Below, in pieces: positions 1 to 8,682 of a stretch of DNA of 64,000 nucleotides. The position numbers were made by a program, and so were the translations under genes. Numbering within the stretch: the stretch's first letter is position 1; the number at the start of each line of letters is the position of its first letter. Location: positions 1,272 to 65,271 of IMG/VR virus record IMGVR_UViG_3300043410_000857; one strand, 5' to 3'. The notes under the pieces were generated by a model. That model was given only the letters and a program-made list of their open reading frames with translations. It had not been told where the DNA came from and made no database searches. Origin of the DNA: a virus (lineage: Duplodnaviria > Caudoviricetes).

Positions 1-568
1 CCCATAACATTCTTTCATGCTCTGGTCTGTACTCAGGCATTGCATTGGTTAACTGATAGTTCATATCTTCTTGAACTCGTTCAGCTGCGTCTTCTTTTTC
101 TCTTGTTTGTTTACCTACGATTTGAGTTTTAACTGGGCCTGATGCTGGAAATGTCTCCATCATAGTTTCAGCTTGGAATTTAACCAGCGCTTCTGTCATC
201 AAGGGGTGGTACACATTGCATGCCCCAGGCCACGGTTCTGTGCGGTCTTCAATTTTAAGACCGAGTAATTCTAATCCGTCTACGTATGTTGTTAACCAAT
301 CTTTTCTAGAATTAATATCGGCATCATATTCACCAATAAGATCACCAGACAATTCTGTAAGTTGTCCTTCCTCTAACTCTTCTGCTAAGTTAGCGTTAAA
401 TTCATCATTAGCTTCTTTACCTGGAGTAATTGTAATTTCCATACTGCCATCAGCAAGTGTGACGCTTTCTGGGTTTTCAATTTCAATACTTAAATCAGGT
501 TGAGCACTCGCTAACTCTTCTAATCCTTGAGGAGCTTGACTTACACTTTTATCTATATTGACTGCCAT
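1..568 (-). CDS. Portal protein, N-terminal part (runs off window start)
   Basis: Not in ORF track. Hand translation from ATG at 568: MAVNIDKSVSQAPQGLEE...SRKDWLTTYVDGLELLGLKIEDRTEPWPGACNVYHPLMTEALVKFQAETMMETFPASGPVKTQIVG...MNYQLT. Lies directly downstream of the terminase large subunit with an AAGGA RBS. Confidence 0.85.
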   Translation of the reverse strand, partial: MAVNIDKSVSQAPQGLEELASAQPDLSIEIENPESVTLADGSMEITITPGKEANDEFNANLAEELEEGQLTELSGDLIGEYDADINSRKDWLTTYVDGLELLGLKIEDRTEPWPGACNVYHPLMTEALVKFQAETMMETFPASGPVKTQIVGKQTREKEDAAERVQEDMNYQLTNAMPEYRPEHERMLW

Positions 569-578
569 AATTTAATCC

Positions 579-2135
579 TTATACTAAATACAATCTATTT
601 TTATTTGACTTGAACCCATATATTTCTTCAGGTTCATCACTAGGTAATCTAATAAAGCCACCTTGTCTAAACCTCATTAATGCTAGTGTTGTTGCGTCGA
701 CTAAGTCGTCATTTGCTCCACTAGGAAAATCATTACATTCCTCTATTACTTCTTTTGCCCAACGTCTATCAGGTGCCCAGACAATGCCTGATCTAAATAA
801 ATCTGATACACTATTAACACGACTGATTTTATCTTGGCCTTTACCCGGCGTATATTCACCGACAGGAATACCCATCCTTCTGAACTCTTGGTAGAGTGCA
901 GCGCCGTTAGATTTCTTTTCTACAATAAACGCATCAGGCTCCCACTCTTTGTATTCTTCAATACACATTTCTTTAAGCTCAGGAAACTCCATACGCTTTT
1001 TGATGCTGTTTAATAGTATTATATTATAATTATTGGTTTCTTCGTTAAAAAAGACACCCCAAGTCGTTAAAGCATTGAAGTCAGCCCTGTTATTAGACTC
1101 TTGAGCCGCGTCTAGACTCATGATTGTGAATTCACAATGAGGTGGATCTTCTTCTTCCCATATCTTCCACCACTCTCTTTTAATCAGTGCACCCTCTTCT
1201 GATACAGGGTTTTGCATGTATTGCGAGTTCCAATACCGAATATCTAACGCTGCTTTCTTAGCTAGTAACTCTTTTAAAGGCCAGAACTCAGGCCAGAGTG
1301 ACTCCATCTCACCTTGTTTATTCTCAATAATAGCTGGAAACTCAACCACTTCCCACTGATCTACTTCATCGTTCTTCACCATCTGGTTAATAATTTCACC
1401 AGTTAAATCTAATTTACTCCACCTAGTCATCACTACGATGATCGAACCACCAGGCATAAGACGTTGTAGAGGACCAGACTGAAACCACTCCCAAGCAGGC
1501 TTAAAGACATCAGCCCTTCCAAGTTTTGCATCTTGCTCTGAGTGTGGATCATCAATGATAAAAAGATCAGCCCCGCGACCAGCGAGGGCACCACCAACAC
1601 CAATAGCAAAATACTCTCCATTAAAGTTTGTTCCCCATCGTGAAGCGCTCTTCGAGTCAGCTTGTAATTCTACTTGCGGAAATATATCTTTATACGCGTC
1701 ACTACCCACAAGATTACGTACGCGACGTCCAAAATTAACCGCCAAATCAGCCGTGTGGGATGCCATGATAACCTTCTTGTGAGGATATTTACCAAGGAAC
1801 CATGCAGGAGCCAAGTAGGATATGAGCTCGGACTTGCCATGACGAGGCGCAATATTAACGATAACTCTCTTCTTTTTACCATTAGCGATGTCTTCAAATA
1901 TTTGAGCCAGTTTTCGATGATGTTCTCCTATAATATAACCTGGGTATACGTGTTGTATAAAATCTAAAAATGTTTCTTTACCTGACTTCTGTACGATTTG
2001 TTTTTTATATACTTTGAGCAGGCGATTGGCTTTAACCTTTTGTTCATCTGTTAAATCAGCGAAGCTTGCTTCTAGTAGTGCAATATCTTCCTCGGTGATT
2101 TTTGGTTTTACTTCGTTACTCGCTACGACTGTCAT
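579..2135 (-). CDS. terL: Terminase large subunit
   Basis: Walker A (APRHGKS), Walker B (FIIDDPH), coupling motif VMTRW, RNase H-like nuclease (SLDAA...NDDLVDA). Confidence 0.95.
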   Translation of the reverse strand: MTVVASNEVKPKITEEDIALLEASFADLTDEQKVKANRLLKVYKKQIVQKSGKETFLDFIQHVYPGYIIGEHHRKLAQIFEDIANGKKKRVIVNIAPRHGKSELISYLAPAWFLGKYPHKKVIMASHTADLAVNFGRRVRNLVGSDAYKDIFPQVELQADSKSASRWGTNFNGEYFAIGVGGALAGRGADLFIIDDPHSEQDAKLGRADVFKPAWEWFQSGPLQRLMPGGSIIVVMTRWSKLDLTGEIINQMVKNDEVDQWEVVEFPAIIENKQGEMESLWPEFWPLKELLAKKAALDIRYWNSQYMQNPVSEEGALIKREWWKIWEEEDPPHCEFTIMSLDAAQESNNRADFNALTTWGVFFNEETNNYNIILLNSIKKRMEFPELKEMCIEEYKEWEPDAFIVEKKSNGAALYQEFRRMGIPVGEYTPGKGQDKISRVNSVSDLFRSGIVWAPDRRWAKEVIEECNDFPSGANDDLVDATTLALMRFRQGGFIRLPSDEPEEIYGFKSNKNRLYLV

Positions 2136-2754
2136 CTTCGTCTTCTATAATTTCTGCGTCTACTGTTTGTGGTGCGGGTTTAATAAGTGCTTTTTGTTTT
2201 AGCTCGGACAACATCGATAATAATTCTTTTTCAACTTCTTCCATCGTCTCCATTTTATGCACAACTTCTGTTTTCTTCTTAAATGCATCTACACCATCTA
2301 CTTCACCAATGGATCTTAACGCTGTAATTTGTTCTTTTGGGTTTTCTGATTTTTCAACAATGTCAACGAGTCTATTTACTACGTATAACTTTAAATCTGC
2401 TAAGTCTTTCACTATCATATGATTGTAGCAACCTACTAAGCCACCTAAGTAAGCCATGGTTTCATTTGCGTATAACCCAAATTCTTGTTTCATACCTGGG
2501 TTTTGAACCATTTTTCGAGCTAAGTCTTCTGCTTCTTTGATATTTTCTGCATCTGGCTTGATTTCTTCACCCGTTATGTCACTTATTTCTTTAATTGTGG
2601 TAGCACGAAGCGTAACTTCGTCTTCTACGGTCATACTTGGTAGGGCTTCTGTGGAACTTTTTGGAATAGGTATACCTTCTTCGATAGAAGGCACGATAAC
2701 TACGGGGTTATTCGCGTTATCTTGTTGATTTTCTTGGATATTCTGGTCTTGCAT
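2116..2754 (-). CDS. Probable terminase small subunit
   Basis: 212-aa helical protein immediately upstream of and overlapping terL. Confidence 0.6.
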   Translation of the reverse strand: MQDQNIQENQQDNANNPVVIVPSIEEGIPIPKSSTEALPSMTVEDEVTLRATTIKEISDITGEEIKPDAENIKEAEDLARKMVQNPGMKQEFGLYANETMAYLGGLVGCYNHMIVKDLADLKLYVVNRLVDIVEKSENPKEQITALRSIGEVDGVDAFKKKTEVVHKMETMEEVEKELLSMLSELKQKALIKPAPQTVDAEIIEDEDDSRSE

Positions 2755-2800
2755 GTGTCGCTGTTTACACCTTTTATATATTATGCAGCTGATTTGTGGG

Positions 2801-2809
2801 ATTTTAACA
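2801..2809 (-). promoter_or_regulatory. Extended -10 promoter for terS/terL
   Basis: TGTTAAAAT on - strand about 45 nt upstream of the terS start. Confidence 0.45.
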
Positions 2810-2859
2810 CAGAATTTTAGGAAAACAAGGTAAAATATAGTTTCAGAATAGGAGGTTTT

Positions 2860-2928
2860 ATGGAGATTGATATAGTTTCTGTTGTTGATGTTGGTATTAA
2901 CCTTGTTTACTTGGTAGTTACATTTTGA
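2860..2928 (+). CDS. Putative 22-aa hydrophobic peptide
   Basis: GGAGG RBS then MEIDIVSVVDVGINLVYLVVTF*. Confidence 0.35.
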   Translation: MEIDIVSVVDVGINLVYLVVTF

Positions 2929-3004
2929 ATTCTACGGATATCTTAATAGCGGTTGTGTATTGCATCGTGATTTACCTAGTCTATCTTATGCTATCTATGC
3001 CTGT

Positions 3005-3352
3005 ATGAAGTTAACCACGTTAACCTCGGCCAACTTAGCTCACCTCTATGACATGGCATGCAAACTGCCACCATTTAACAAACTAAAAATGCCTAAGTCT
3101 AGCAAAGTTAAATTTAAAGTCATTAGTGACCCTGGTATTTACGGATGTTTTGACGAAGTTGAAATGCAGATTGAAATTAGTTCTGGTTCATGTGGTCACT
3201 TCACTACTATCTTTGCAACACTCCTTCATGAAATGGTTCACCTCGCTCTCTATATAAAGAAAGATCCTAAGTTTCACCTCCATGAGGAATCCTTCCTCAA
3301 AATTAAAGCTGTGTATTCCGAAGTTTATAGCCTCGATCCTAAAGCTATTTAA
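3005..3352 (+). CDS. SprT-like zinc metalloprotease domain protein
   Basis: TLLHEMVH (HExxH) followed by H-x-x-x-F (HEESF). Confidence 0.75.
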   Translation: MKLTTLTSANLAHLYDMACKLPPFNKLKMPKSSKVKFKVISDPGIYGCFDEVEMQIEISSGSCGHFTTIFATLLHEMVHLALYIKKDPKFHLHEESFLKIKAVYSEVYSLDPKAI

Positions 3353-3869
3353 TCTCTAATATAAAATTAATTACTCTTCTCTTATTTGTTTTTATAGGTA
3401 ATAACCCTGTATGCCATATATTTGATTTGAATATAACTGCACGATTTCTTTTTGGAGTCACTCTCATCAATTCTGTTTTCTTATCTTCTTTGTACAATAT
3501 AGTATCCCCATCTGCATCATCTACGTAATATAAAAGAGAGACATAGTTATCTTTAGTTGTGTCTTGGTGAATTGTTTTTTCTACGTACTCTTTTGGTATA
3601 ACTCTATTTGTTAATAGATTAGCTTTTATTCTACCTATGCTATTTATTTTGTACTCAGTTTTATTTTCAAACACTTCAAGCATAGGATGTATATTTAAAT
3701 ACCACGCTGATAAAGGTTGGTCGTTGTAAAAATTATGTACGAGCTGAGGTTCGTTGTCCCCTTCGTATGATGTGTATTGATTTAAGTACCACGGGAAATT
3801 AGCTGAGTTTAACTCTTGTAATACTTGGTTAGCGAAGTCTTGAGGTAAGAAGTTATCTATAATCTGCAT
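3345..3869 (-). CDS. 2OG-Fe(II) oxygenase
   Basis: IIDNFLP start, HxD (HQD), distal H (WHTG), R-x-V-I-N-F; TATAAT just upstream. Confidence 0.8.
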   Translation of the reverse strand: MQIIDNFLPQDFANQVLQELNSANFPWYLNQYTSYEGDNEPQLVHNFYNDQPLSAWYLNIHPMLEVFENKTEYKINSIGRIKANLLTNRVIPKEYVEKTIHQDTTKDNYVSLLYYVDDADGDTILYKEDKKTELMRVTPKRNRAVIFKSNIWHTGLLPIKTNKRRVINFILEIK

Positions 3870-4121
3870 CGTTCTATTATACCCTAATATTTGATAATTT
3901 TTTTGTAGAAATTTTTTTCTATGTGCCTATTTTTTAAGCACGGGGGGTGTTTCTATATTTTGAGTTTTATTGTAGTTATTCGCGCAAATCTAAGTGTATA
4001 TGATAAAAAATAATTCTTTCTACATTTTTGGGGTCCCGGGGTATAGGTGGGGTCCAGCCCTGGAGGCCTCTCGATCCTGGTGCGCCGGTAAAATAATTTA
4101 TATTAATTAGTAAAATAATAC

Positions 4122-4150
4122 TTGACATATATTAATTTAATATGTATCCT
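4122..4150 (+). promoter_or_regulatory. Sigma70 early promoter for ardC
   Basis: TTGACA-17 nt-TATCCT with TG extension. Confidence 0.75.
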
Positions 4151-4196
4151 TGATCCTGCAGTATTTAATTAACTATTCTAAACAGGAGTATCAAAT

Positions 4197-5021
4197 ATGA
4201 ATATAGCTCAAACAATAACCGATAACATTATTAAACAGTTAGAAGCTGGAGTGGCTCCCTGGGTTAAGCCCTGGCATTCACACGGCATCGATGCACCATA
4301 TAATCCAGTAACCAAGCGTTACTATAATGGTATTAATTTCGTACAGCTCTCGATGATGCCTGGATCAACTCACAATTGGTTAACATATAAACAAGCTCAA
4401 AGCATCGGCGCTCAAGTGCGCAAGGGTTCCGTTGGAGTTCCAGTTATCTATTTCAGTCCGCTCGAGGTTACTGATAAGGTAACAGGCGACGCTAAAAAGA
4501 TTCCAATGCTTAAGCATTACACTGTATTTAATGCGGATCAGATCGACGGCCTGGAGTTACCAGCATCAACCGAGCGCACCGAGATCGAGGCCATTGAATC
4601 ATGCGAGGCATTCATTAAAAGACAACGTGCACGTATCCAGTTCGGAGGCGATCGCGCATTCTATACTCCAACGTTCGATTATATTCAACTCCCGGAGCGT
4701 AACCAATTCAAGTCAACTGGTGATTATTATGCGACAGCATTACATGAGTTATCACACTGGACAGGCCACGAGTCACGACTTAACCGCGACTTTAAGAATA
4801 AGTTCGGATCAGAGGCTTATGCGTTCGAGGAGTTAGTAGCGGAGTTAGGTAGCGCTATGCTATGCGCTCACAATAAGATCGACGGTCAATTACAGCATGC
4901 TAGTTATATCGAGTCATGGCTTCAAGTATTAAAAAGCGATCCTAAGAATATTCTTAAGGCAAGTGCGCTAGCTCAAAAGATCCTAGCATTTACAACCAAC
5001 GAGGAGGCAGAGGAGGCTTAG
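4197..5021 (+). CDS. ardC: ArdC-family antirestriction / ssDNA-binding protein (DUF1738 plus zincin-like domain)
   Basis: ITDNIIKQLEAGVAPWVKPW, YNGIN, WLTYKQA, VRKG, VFNADQ, ALHELSHWTGH, YAFEELVAELGSA. Confidence 0.92.
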   Translation: MNIAQTITDNIIKQLEAGVAPWVKPWHSHGIDAPYNPVTKRYYNGINFVQLSMMPGSTHNWLTYKQAQSIGAQVRKGSVGVPVIYFSPLEVTDKVTGDAKKIPMLKHYTVFNADQIDGLELPASTERTEIEAIESCEAFIKRQRARIQFGGDRAFYTPTFDYIQLPERNQFKSTGDYYATALHELSHWTGHESRLNRDFKNKFGSEAYAFEELVAELGSAMLCAHNKIDGQLQHASYIESWLQVLKSDPKNILKASALAQKILAFTTNEEAEEA

Positions 5022-5039
5022 GCCTCCCTGGAGTTTATT

Positions 5040-5273
5040 ATGAATACATATATTAAGAATAGAATCGACCTACATAAACTAGCTATAAAAGAGGAATGCC
5101 GAGGCGGTGATCTCGATGAGAAATATGCCGGTGGTTTATGGGACTGGGCTGGAGAAATTGTTCATAACGTAGCAGATGAATCGCTCCAGGAGGATTTACA
5201 ATGCGAAATCTATTATGCACTTCAAGAAGTATTTGAATCATTTTATAAAGGAGCTAACCATGAGTATCTATGA
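5040..5273 (+). CDS. Hypothetical early protein
   Basis: GGAG RBS, in operon with ardC. Confidence 0.65.
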   Translation: MNTYIKNRIDLHKLAIKEECRGGDLDEKYAGGLWDWAGEIVHNVADESLQEDLQCEIYYALQEVFESFYKGANHEYL

Positions 5274-5487
5274 GGAATATTTTGATGGCCGTAAACCAAG
5301 TAACAACCAAGTTATGCAAAGCATCAAGCGCGGTTTAAAACAAGGTTACACCGAGTTCGAGGTAAGCTGGGGCGAGAACATGGTATCACTTCAAAAGAAC
5401 TATGACGGCACCTGGTTCGGACACGGCTGGATTAGGAATATATCCGGTGACACGTTAGCAAAACATTTTGAACAGGGAGGATTTTAA
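5260..5487 (+). CDS. Hypothetical early protein
   Basis: AAGGAG RBS before ATG 5260. Confidence 0.65.
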   Translation: MSIYEEYFDGRKPSNNQVMQSIKRGLKQGYTEFEVSWGENMVSLQKNYDGTWFGHGWIRNISGDTLAKHFEQGGF

Positions 5488-5488
5488 T

Positions 5489-5686
5489 ATGAATTACTAT
5501 GCGCTAACAAGTAACATGGTATGGGATTTAGGAGTCCAGTTATCACCAGGCAATGCCGAGTACTATGCCGTGGATCAATTCAATATACACCACGCGCCTG
5601 GAGGCTTTCTTATATTAAACTCAAATGAACTAAAAGAAGTGGTTCGACTTAGTAACAAAAGGTTAGAAGCGGAGGGCGTCTTTTGA
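5489..5686 (+). CDS. Hypothetical early protein
   Basis: GGAGG RBS before ATG 5489. Confidence 0.6.
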   Translation: MNYYALTSNMVWDLGVQLSPGNAEYYAVDQFNIHHAPGGFLILNSNELKEVVRLSNKRLEAEGVF

Positions 5687-5700
5687 CGCCTTTTCTTTTT
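5673..5700 (+). terminator. Rho-independent terminator
   Basis: GGCGTC-TTTT-GACGCC followed by TTTTCTTTTT. Confidence 0.8.
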
Positions 5701-5708
5701 GGGGTAGA

Positions 5709-5732
5709 GAACAGGTATCAAGGCCTCTTGCT
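5709..5732 (+). repeat. Conserved intergenic motif, copy 1
   Basis: GAACAGGTATCAAGGCCTCTTGCT; 23/24 identical to 6582-6605. Confidence 0.85.
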
Positions 5733-5756
5733 TATTTTGTATTTGCTTTTTGTAAC

Positions 5757-5785
5757 TTGACAAATAAACTAATTTAGCGTATTTT
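5757..5785 (+). promoter_or_regulatory. Sigma70 promoter
   Basis: TTGACA-17 nt-TATTTT. Confidence 0.7.
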
Positions 5786-5816
5786 AATAGGACATTCATT
5801 ATCGGAAAGGGATAAC

Positions 5817-6473
5817 ATGCAAGTGATTAAATTCTTAAAACGCGATGCTATTAACATAGCTGGATCGTGTACTAAAACATCTAAAATGCCTAGTGAATCT
5901 TATTCATTACCAGCCAAGGCATGCATAACCGGATCGAAGCTAGCTAACATTAAGGGCTCAGTATGCGAAGATTGCTACGCATTAAAAGGTAATTATCATC
6001 GCTTTGCTAAAACAATAGAGCCGTTACAATATAAAAGGCTTGAATCTATTAATCATCCGTTATGGGTCGATGCTATGGTTAAGCTAATAGGTAATAAACC
6101 CTATTTTCGCTGGCATGATTCGGGGGATCTACAAAGCGTAGAACATCTACAAAAAATAGCAACGATCGCAAGGCGCCTAGATCAAACATTATTTTGGTTA
6201 CCGACCCGCGAGTATGACATTGTTAAGGACTTTTTGAAAACCGAGTCAATCCCAGTGAACCTAGTTATACGTATGTCAGCCATGTATAAAGATCAACCAG
6301 CTAAGTTACCGAGGTCACTCAAGGGTTATGCTAATGTTTTAACCTCAACCGTACATAGTACAACCGAGTTAGACGGTTTTAAGTGCCTAGCACCTAGCCA
6401 ACAAGGTCAATGTGGTTCATGCCGTGCTTGCTGGGATAACAAGGTTACTAATGTTTCATACCTTGCTCACTAG
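5817..6473 (+). CDS. Gp88-like phage protein (Cys-rich, radical-SAM-like fold)
   Basis: TSKMP..SYSLPAKAC, CEDCYA.KG.Y, FRWHDSGD, FWLPTRE, C-terminal CGSCRACW; typical of the mycobacteriophage L5 gp88 family. Confidence 0.8.
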   Translation: MQVIKFLKRDAINIAGSCTKTSKMPSESYSLPAKACITGSKLANIKGSVCEDCYALKGNYHRFAKTIEPLQYKRLESINHPLWVDAMVKLIGNKPYFRWHDSGDLQSVEHLQKIATIARRLDQTLFWLPTREYDIVKDFLKTESIPVNLVIRMSAMYKDQPAKLPRSLKGYANVLTSTVHSTTELDGFKCLAPSQQGQCGSCRACWDNKVTNVSYLAH

Positions 6474-6492
6474 GTTTAACCTAGTTTTACCG

Positions 6493-6520
6493 AGCCCTCT
6501 TAGGAGGGCTTTTTGTTTTT
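6493..6520 (+). terminator. Rho-independent terminator
   Basis: AGCCCTC-TTAG-GAGGGCT followed by TTTTGTTTTT. Confidence 0.85.
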
Positions 6521-6581
6521 CTATAGTTGACTATTTTACTCAAGTTTTATTTTTTAGGGGGATCGACATCAACGGGGGAGG

Positions 6582-6605
6582 GAACAGGTATCAAGGCTTC
6601 TTGCT
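6582..6605 (+). repeat. Conserved intergenic motif, copy 2
   Basis: GAACAGGTATCAAGGCTTCTTGCT. Confidence 0.85.
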
Positions 6606-7260
6606 CAGTTTTAATTTTGTTTTGCCAAGTTAAACTCGGTTTTAACGTGGTTTTAACTAGGTTTTTCCGTGTTCTCCTTTTTGTTCTCTCCATGTTCTCC
6701 TTTTTTTAAGCTAAGTTATTGATTTTATTGGTTTGTTCCATGTTCTCCTTGTAAAAATAGGGGATGGAGGGGTAAAAGTTTGGTAAAACTTGGTCTTACT
6801 TGGCTCTTTTTCGCAGTGTAATTTTCCAACCCATTCACTCTCGTTGAAGTGAGAGAACAGAGAACATTGCACAAAAAATAAGCATCTATAATAATAATAA
6901 TAATAAAAATATTTATATATATCATATACTTAGTAATACCTTGTTTTCTTTTTTTCCATGTTCTCTGTAGCTATATGTAAAGTTAACCAAGTAGAACATA
7001 GAGAACATCAATAAAATCAAGCACTTACAAGGGACTCAAAACCAAGTCCCACCAAGCAAAACCCTTTAAAATCAAAGACTTACCAAAAAAACAAGGTAAA
7101 AACGAGGTAGAACACAGAAAACAAGAACAACAAAACAATAACCGAGTAAAAAACTCAAGTATTAAACACATCGCGACATCGAACCCATATAAAAAAGCCT
7201 AGCAAAAACCATGCCAAGTTAGTAAAGCTAAGTAAAAATAAATATATAAAATAAGTAAAC
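6606..7260. other. Non-coding origin-like region with TGTTCTC/GAGAACA repeats and IHF sites
   Basis: Multiple TGTTCTC on the left and AGAACA on the right, AT-rich core with (ATA)n, WATCAANNNNTTR matches at 6712-6724(-), 7015-7027(+) and 7070-7082(+); T-rich to A-rich switch. Confidence 0.55.
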
Positions 7261-7266
7261 TAAGTG

Positions 7267-7295
7267 TTTACAAATGAGAAAAAGAAGCGTATTGT
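7267..7295 (+). promoter_or_regulatory. Sigma70 promoter for early small-gene array
   Basis: TTTACA-17 nt-TATTGT. Confidence 0.6.
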
Positions 7296-7339
7296 TATTT
7301 CCAAGTAGTACAATCATTAACCACCGAGGAGAAGCAAAC

Positions 7340-7558
7340 ATGGCAACACTAACAATAAACATTACTAGTCAAGAACAAGATTTATTAACAACGGCATTAC
7401 AATCCCACAAGGATTATTTAGAACAATTCGCATTAGAGTTTATGAACTCAGATAACGCAGACACAAGAAAAGAAGCTGAGAAGTTAAGAAGAGAGTTTTT
7501 TGAATCAACACTACTATGGAAAAAGATTCTTCACGCTAATGGAAAGGAGGGTAAATAA
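7340..7558 (+). CDS. Hypothetical early protein
   Basis: GAGGAG RBS before ATG 7340. Confidence 0.65.
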   Translation: MATLTINITSQEQDLLTTALQSHKDYLEQFALEFMNSDNADTRKEAEKLRREFFESTLLWKKILHANGKEGK

Positions 7559-7708
7559 ATGTACGAATTTTGGTATGAAGCGTTAGACAAAAAGGGCAGA
7601 TTGTTAGGTATGGTACATGGTAAGAACGATGAAGATGCTATGAGTAAGGCAAGACATCTTTATGGACTAGCAGTCATTGAAGTTAACATTGTGGAGGAAA
7701 CAAAATGA
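7559..7708 (+). CDS. 49-aa hypothetical protein (not in ORF track)
   Basis: AGGAGG RBS; MYEFWYEALDKKGRLLGMVHGKNDEDAMSKARHLYGLAVIEVNIVEETK*. Confidence 0.65.
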   Translation: MYEFWYEALDKKGRLLGMVHGKNDEDAMSKARHLYGLAVIEVNIVEETK

Positions 7709-7914
7709 AAACATTTAAAGTAAGCATACCAAGACGAGTGTCTTTTACCGATTGCGAAGTATTCTTTGTTGAGGCAGAGACAGAACAAGAAGCTATTAGT
7801 ATGGTGCATGAAAGTAATGACATAGGGGAGTTTGTGAATCAAGGCGATTATGAAACCGAGTATGTCTATGAAACCGAGGCAGAAGAAGTTAAACCATTGG
7901 AGGTGGCAGTATGA
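7705..7914 (+). CDS. Hypothetical protein (VEAxxxxEA small phage domain)
   Basis: ATGA overlap, GGAGG RBS. Confidence 0.65.
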   Translation: MKTFKVSIPRRVSFTDCEVFFVEAETEQEAISMVHESNDIGEFVNQGDYETEYVYETEAEEVKPLEVAV

Positions 7915-8120
7915 AAGTAAAAGACCTAATAGAAAAGTTAAGAGTTATGCCAATGGACTACGATGTAAGGATTGAGTATGACAAATCTTTAAAAGAAATG
8001 GAGTCAATGGCACCGGAAGATTTCCTAGTAAACTTTTGGATTGATAATGTAGAACTTCACAAGCATGGTTCAAGTGGGTATGAAGAGTTTGGCGAAGTTG
8101 TGATAAGGGGGACAGAATGA
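7911..8120 (+). CDS. Hypothetical protein
   Basis: MKVKDLIEKL start common in small phage proteins; ATGA overlap. Confidence 0.65.
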   Translation: MKVKDLIEKLRVMPMDYDVRIEYDKSLKEMESMAPEDFLVNFWIDNVELHKHGSSGYEEFGEVVIRGTE

Positions 8121-8374
8121 TAGCGATTAACAACATAGAAGAACTAAAGAAGCATTGTAATGAAGACCCATACAACGAGTTTGTGATGCGTTTGAATGGT
8201 GGGTTTAGGTCAACCAAGCGTATCCAGTATTGGAAAGATGTTGACGCGTGGTACGTAGTACATGAGATTGACGATAGCGAAGTTGAATATGGTAGTACCA
8301 AAGAACTCATAGAAAACGAGCCAATGATTGTTAAGGCAATAGAGAACAACGCTTTTTATAAGGAGGATGTATGA
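8117..8374 (+). CDS. Hypothetical protein
   Basis: ATGA overlap in tightly packed operon. Confidence 0.65.
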   Translation: MIAINNIEELKKHCNEDPYNEFVMRLNGGFRSTKRIQYWKDVDAWYVVHEIDDSEVEYGSTKELIENEPMIVKAIENNAFYKEDV

Positions 8375-8682
8375 GTGAAAGACTAAAAATAGAGGCATGG
8401 TATCTGAATGTAAGGTGGAATAAAGAAGTGAATGGGTATCAAGAAGAAGAGATTTACGATTTGCCTGTTGAAATTGTCAGACAGATTGATATATTTCTAG
8501 ACGGAGTTGAGGAAGAGCGCAACAAGGAGGAAGAAAATGAATAACAAAGAAATACATAGCATGACACTTCGCGACTTGAAATCCCTATTAAAACAATTTA
8601 AGAGTGGACTAGTAGGCATGGGTATGCGAGATATTTATTTAATGCACTTAATTGAAGACGAGATTGATAGGAGGACTAACAG

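Noticed and set aside
216-2728. + strand ORFs over portal, terL and terS
   Set aside because: Antisense shadows of well-supported - strand genes
6412-6925. Short ORFs 6412-6633, 6527-6709 and 6725-6925
   Set aside because: Low-complexity translations across a terminator and the repeat region; no RBS
6660-7140. CRISPR-like array from TGTTCTC/GAGAACA repeats
   Set aside because: Repeats are only 6-10 bp, irregularly spaced and in both orientations; no cas genes (the Cas4-like gene is a typical phage exonuclease)
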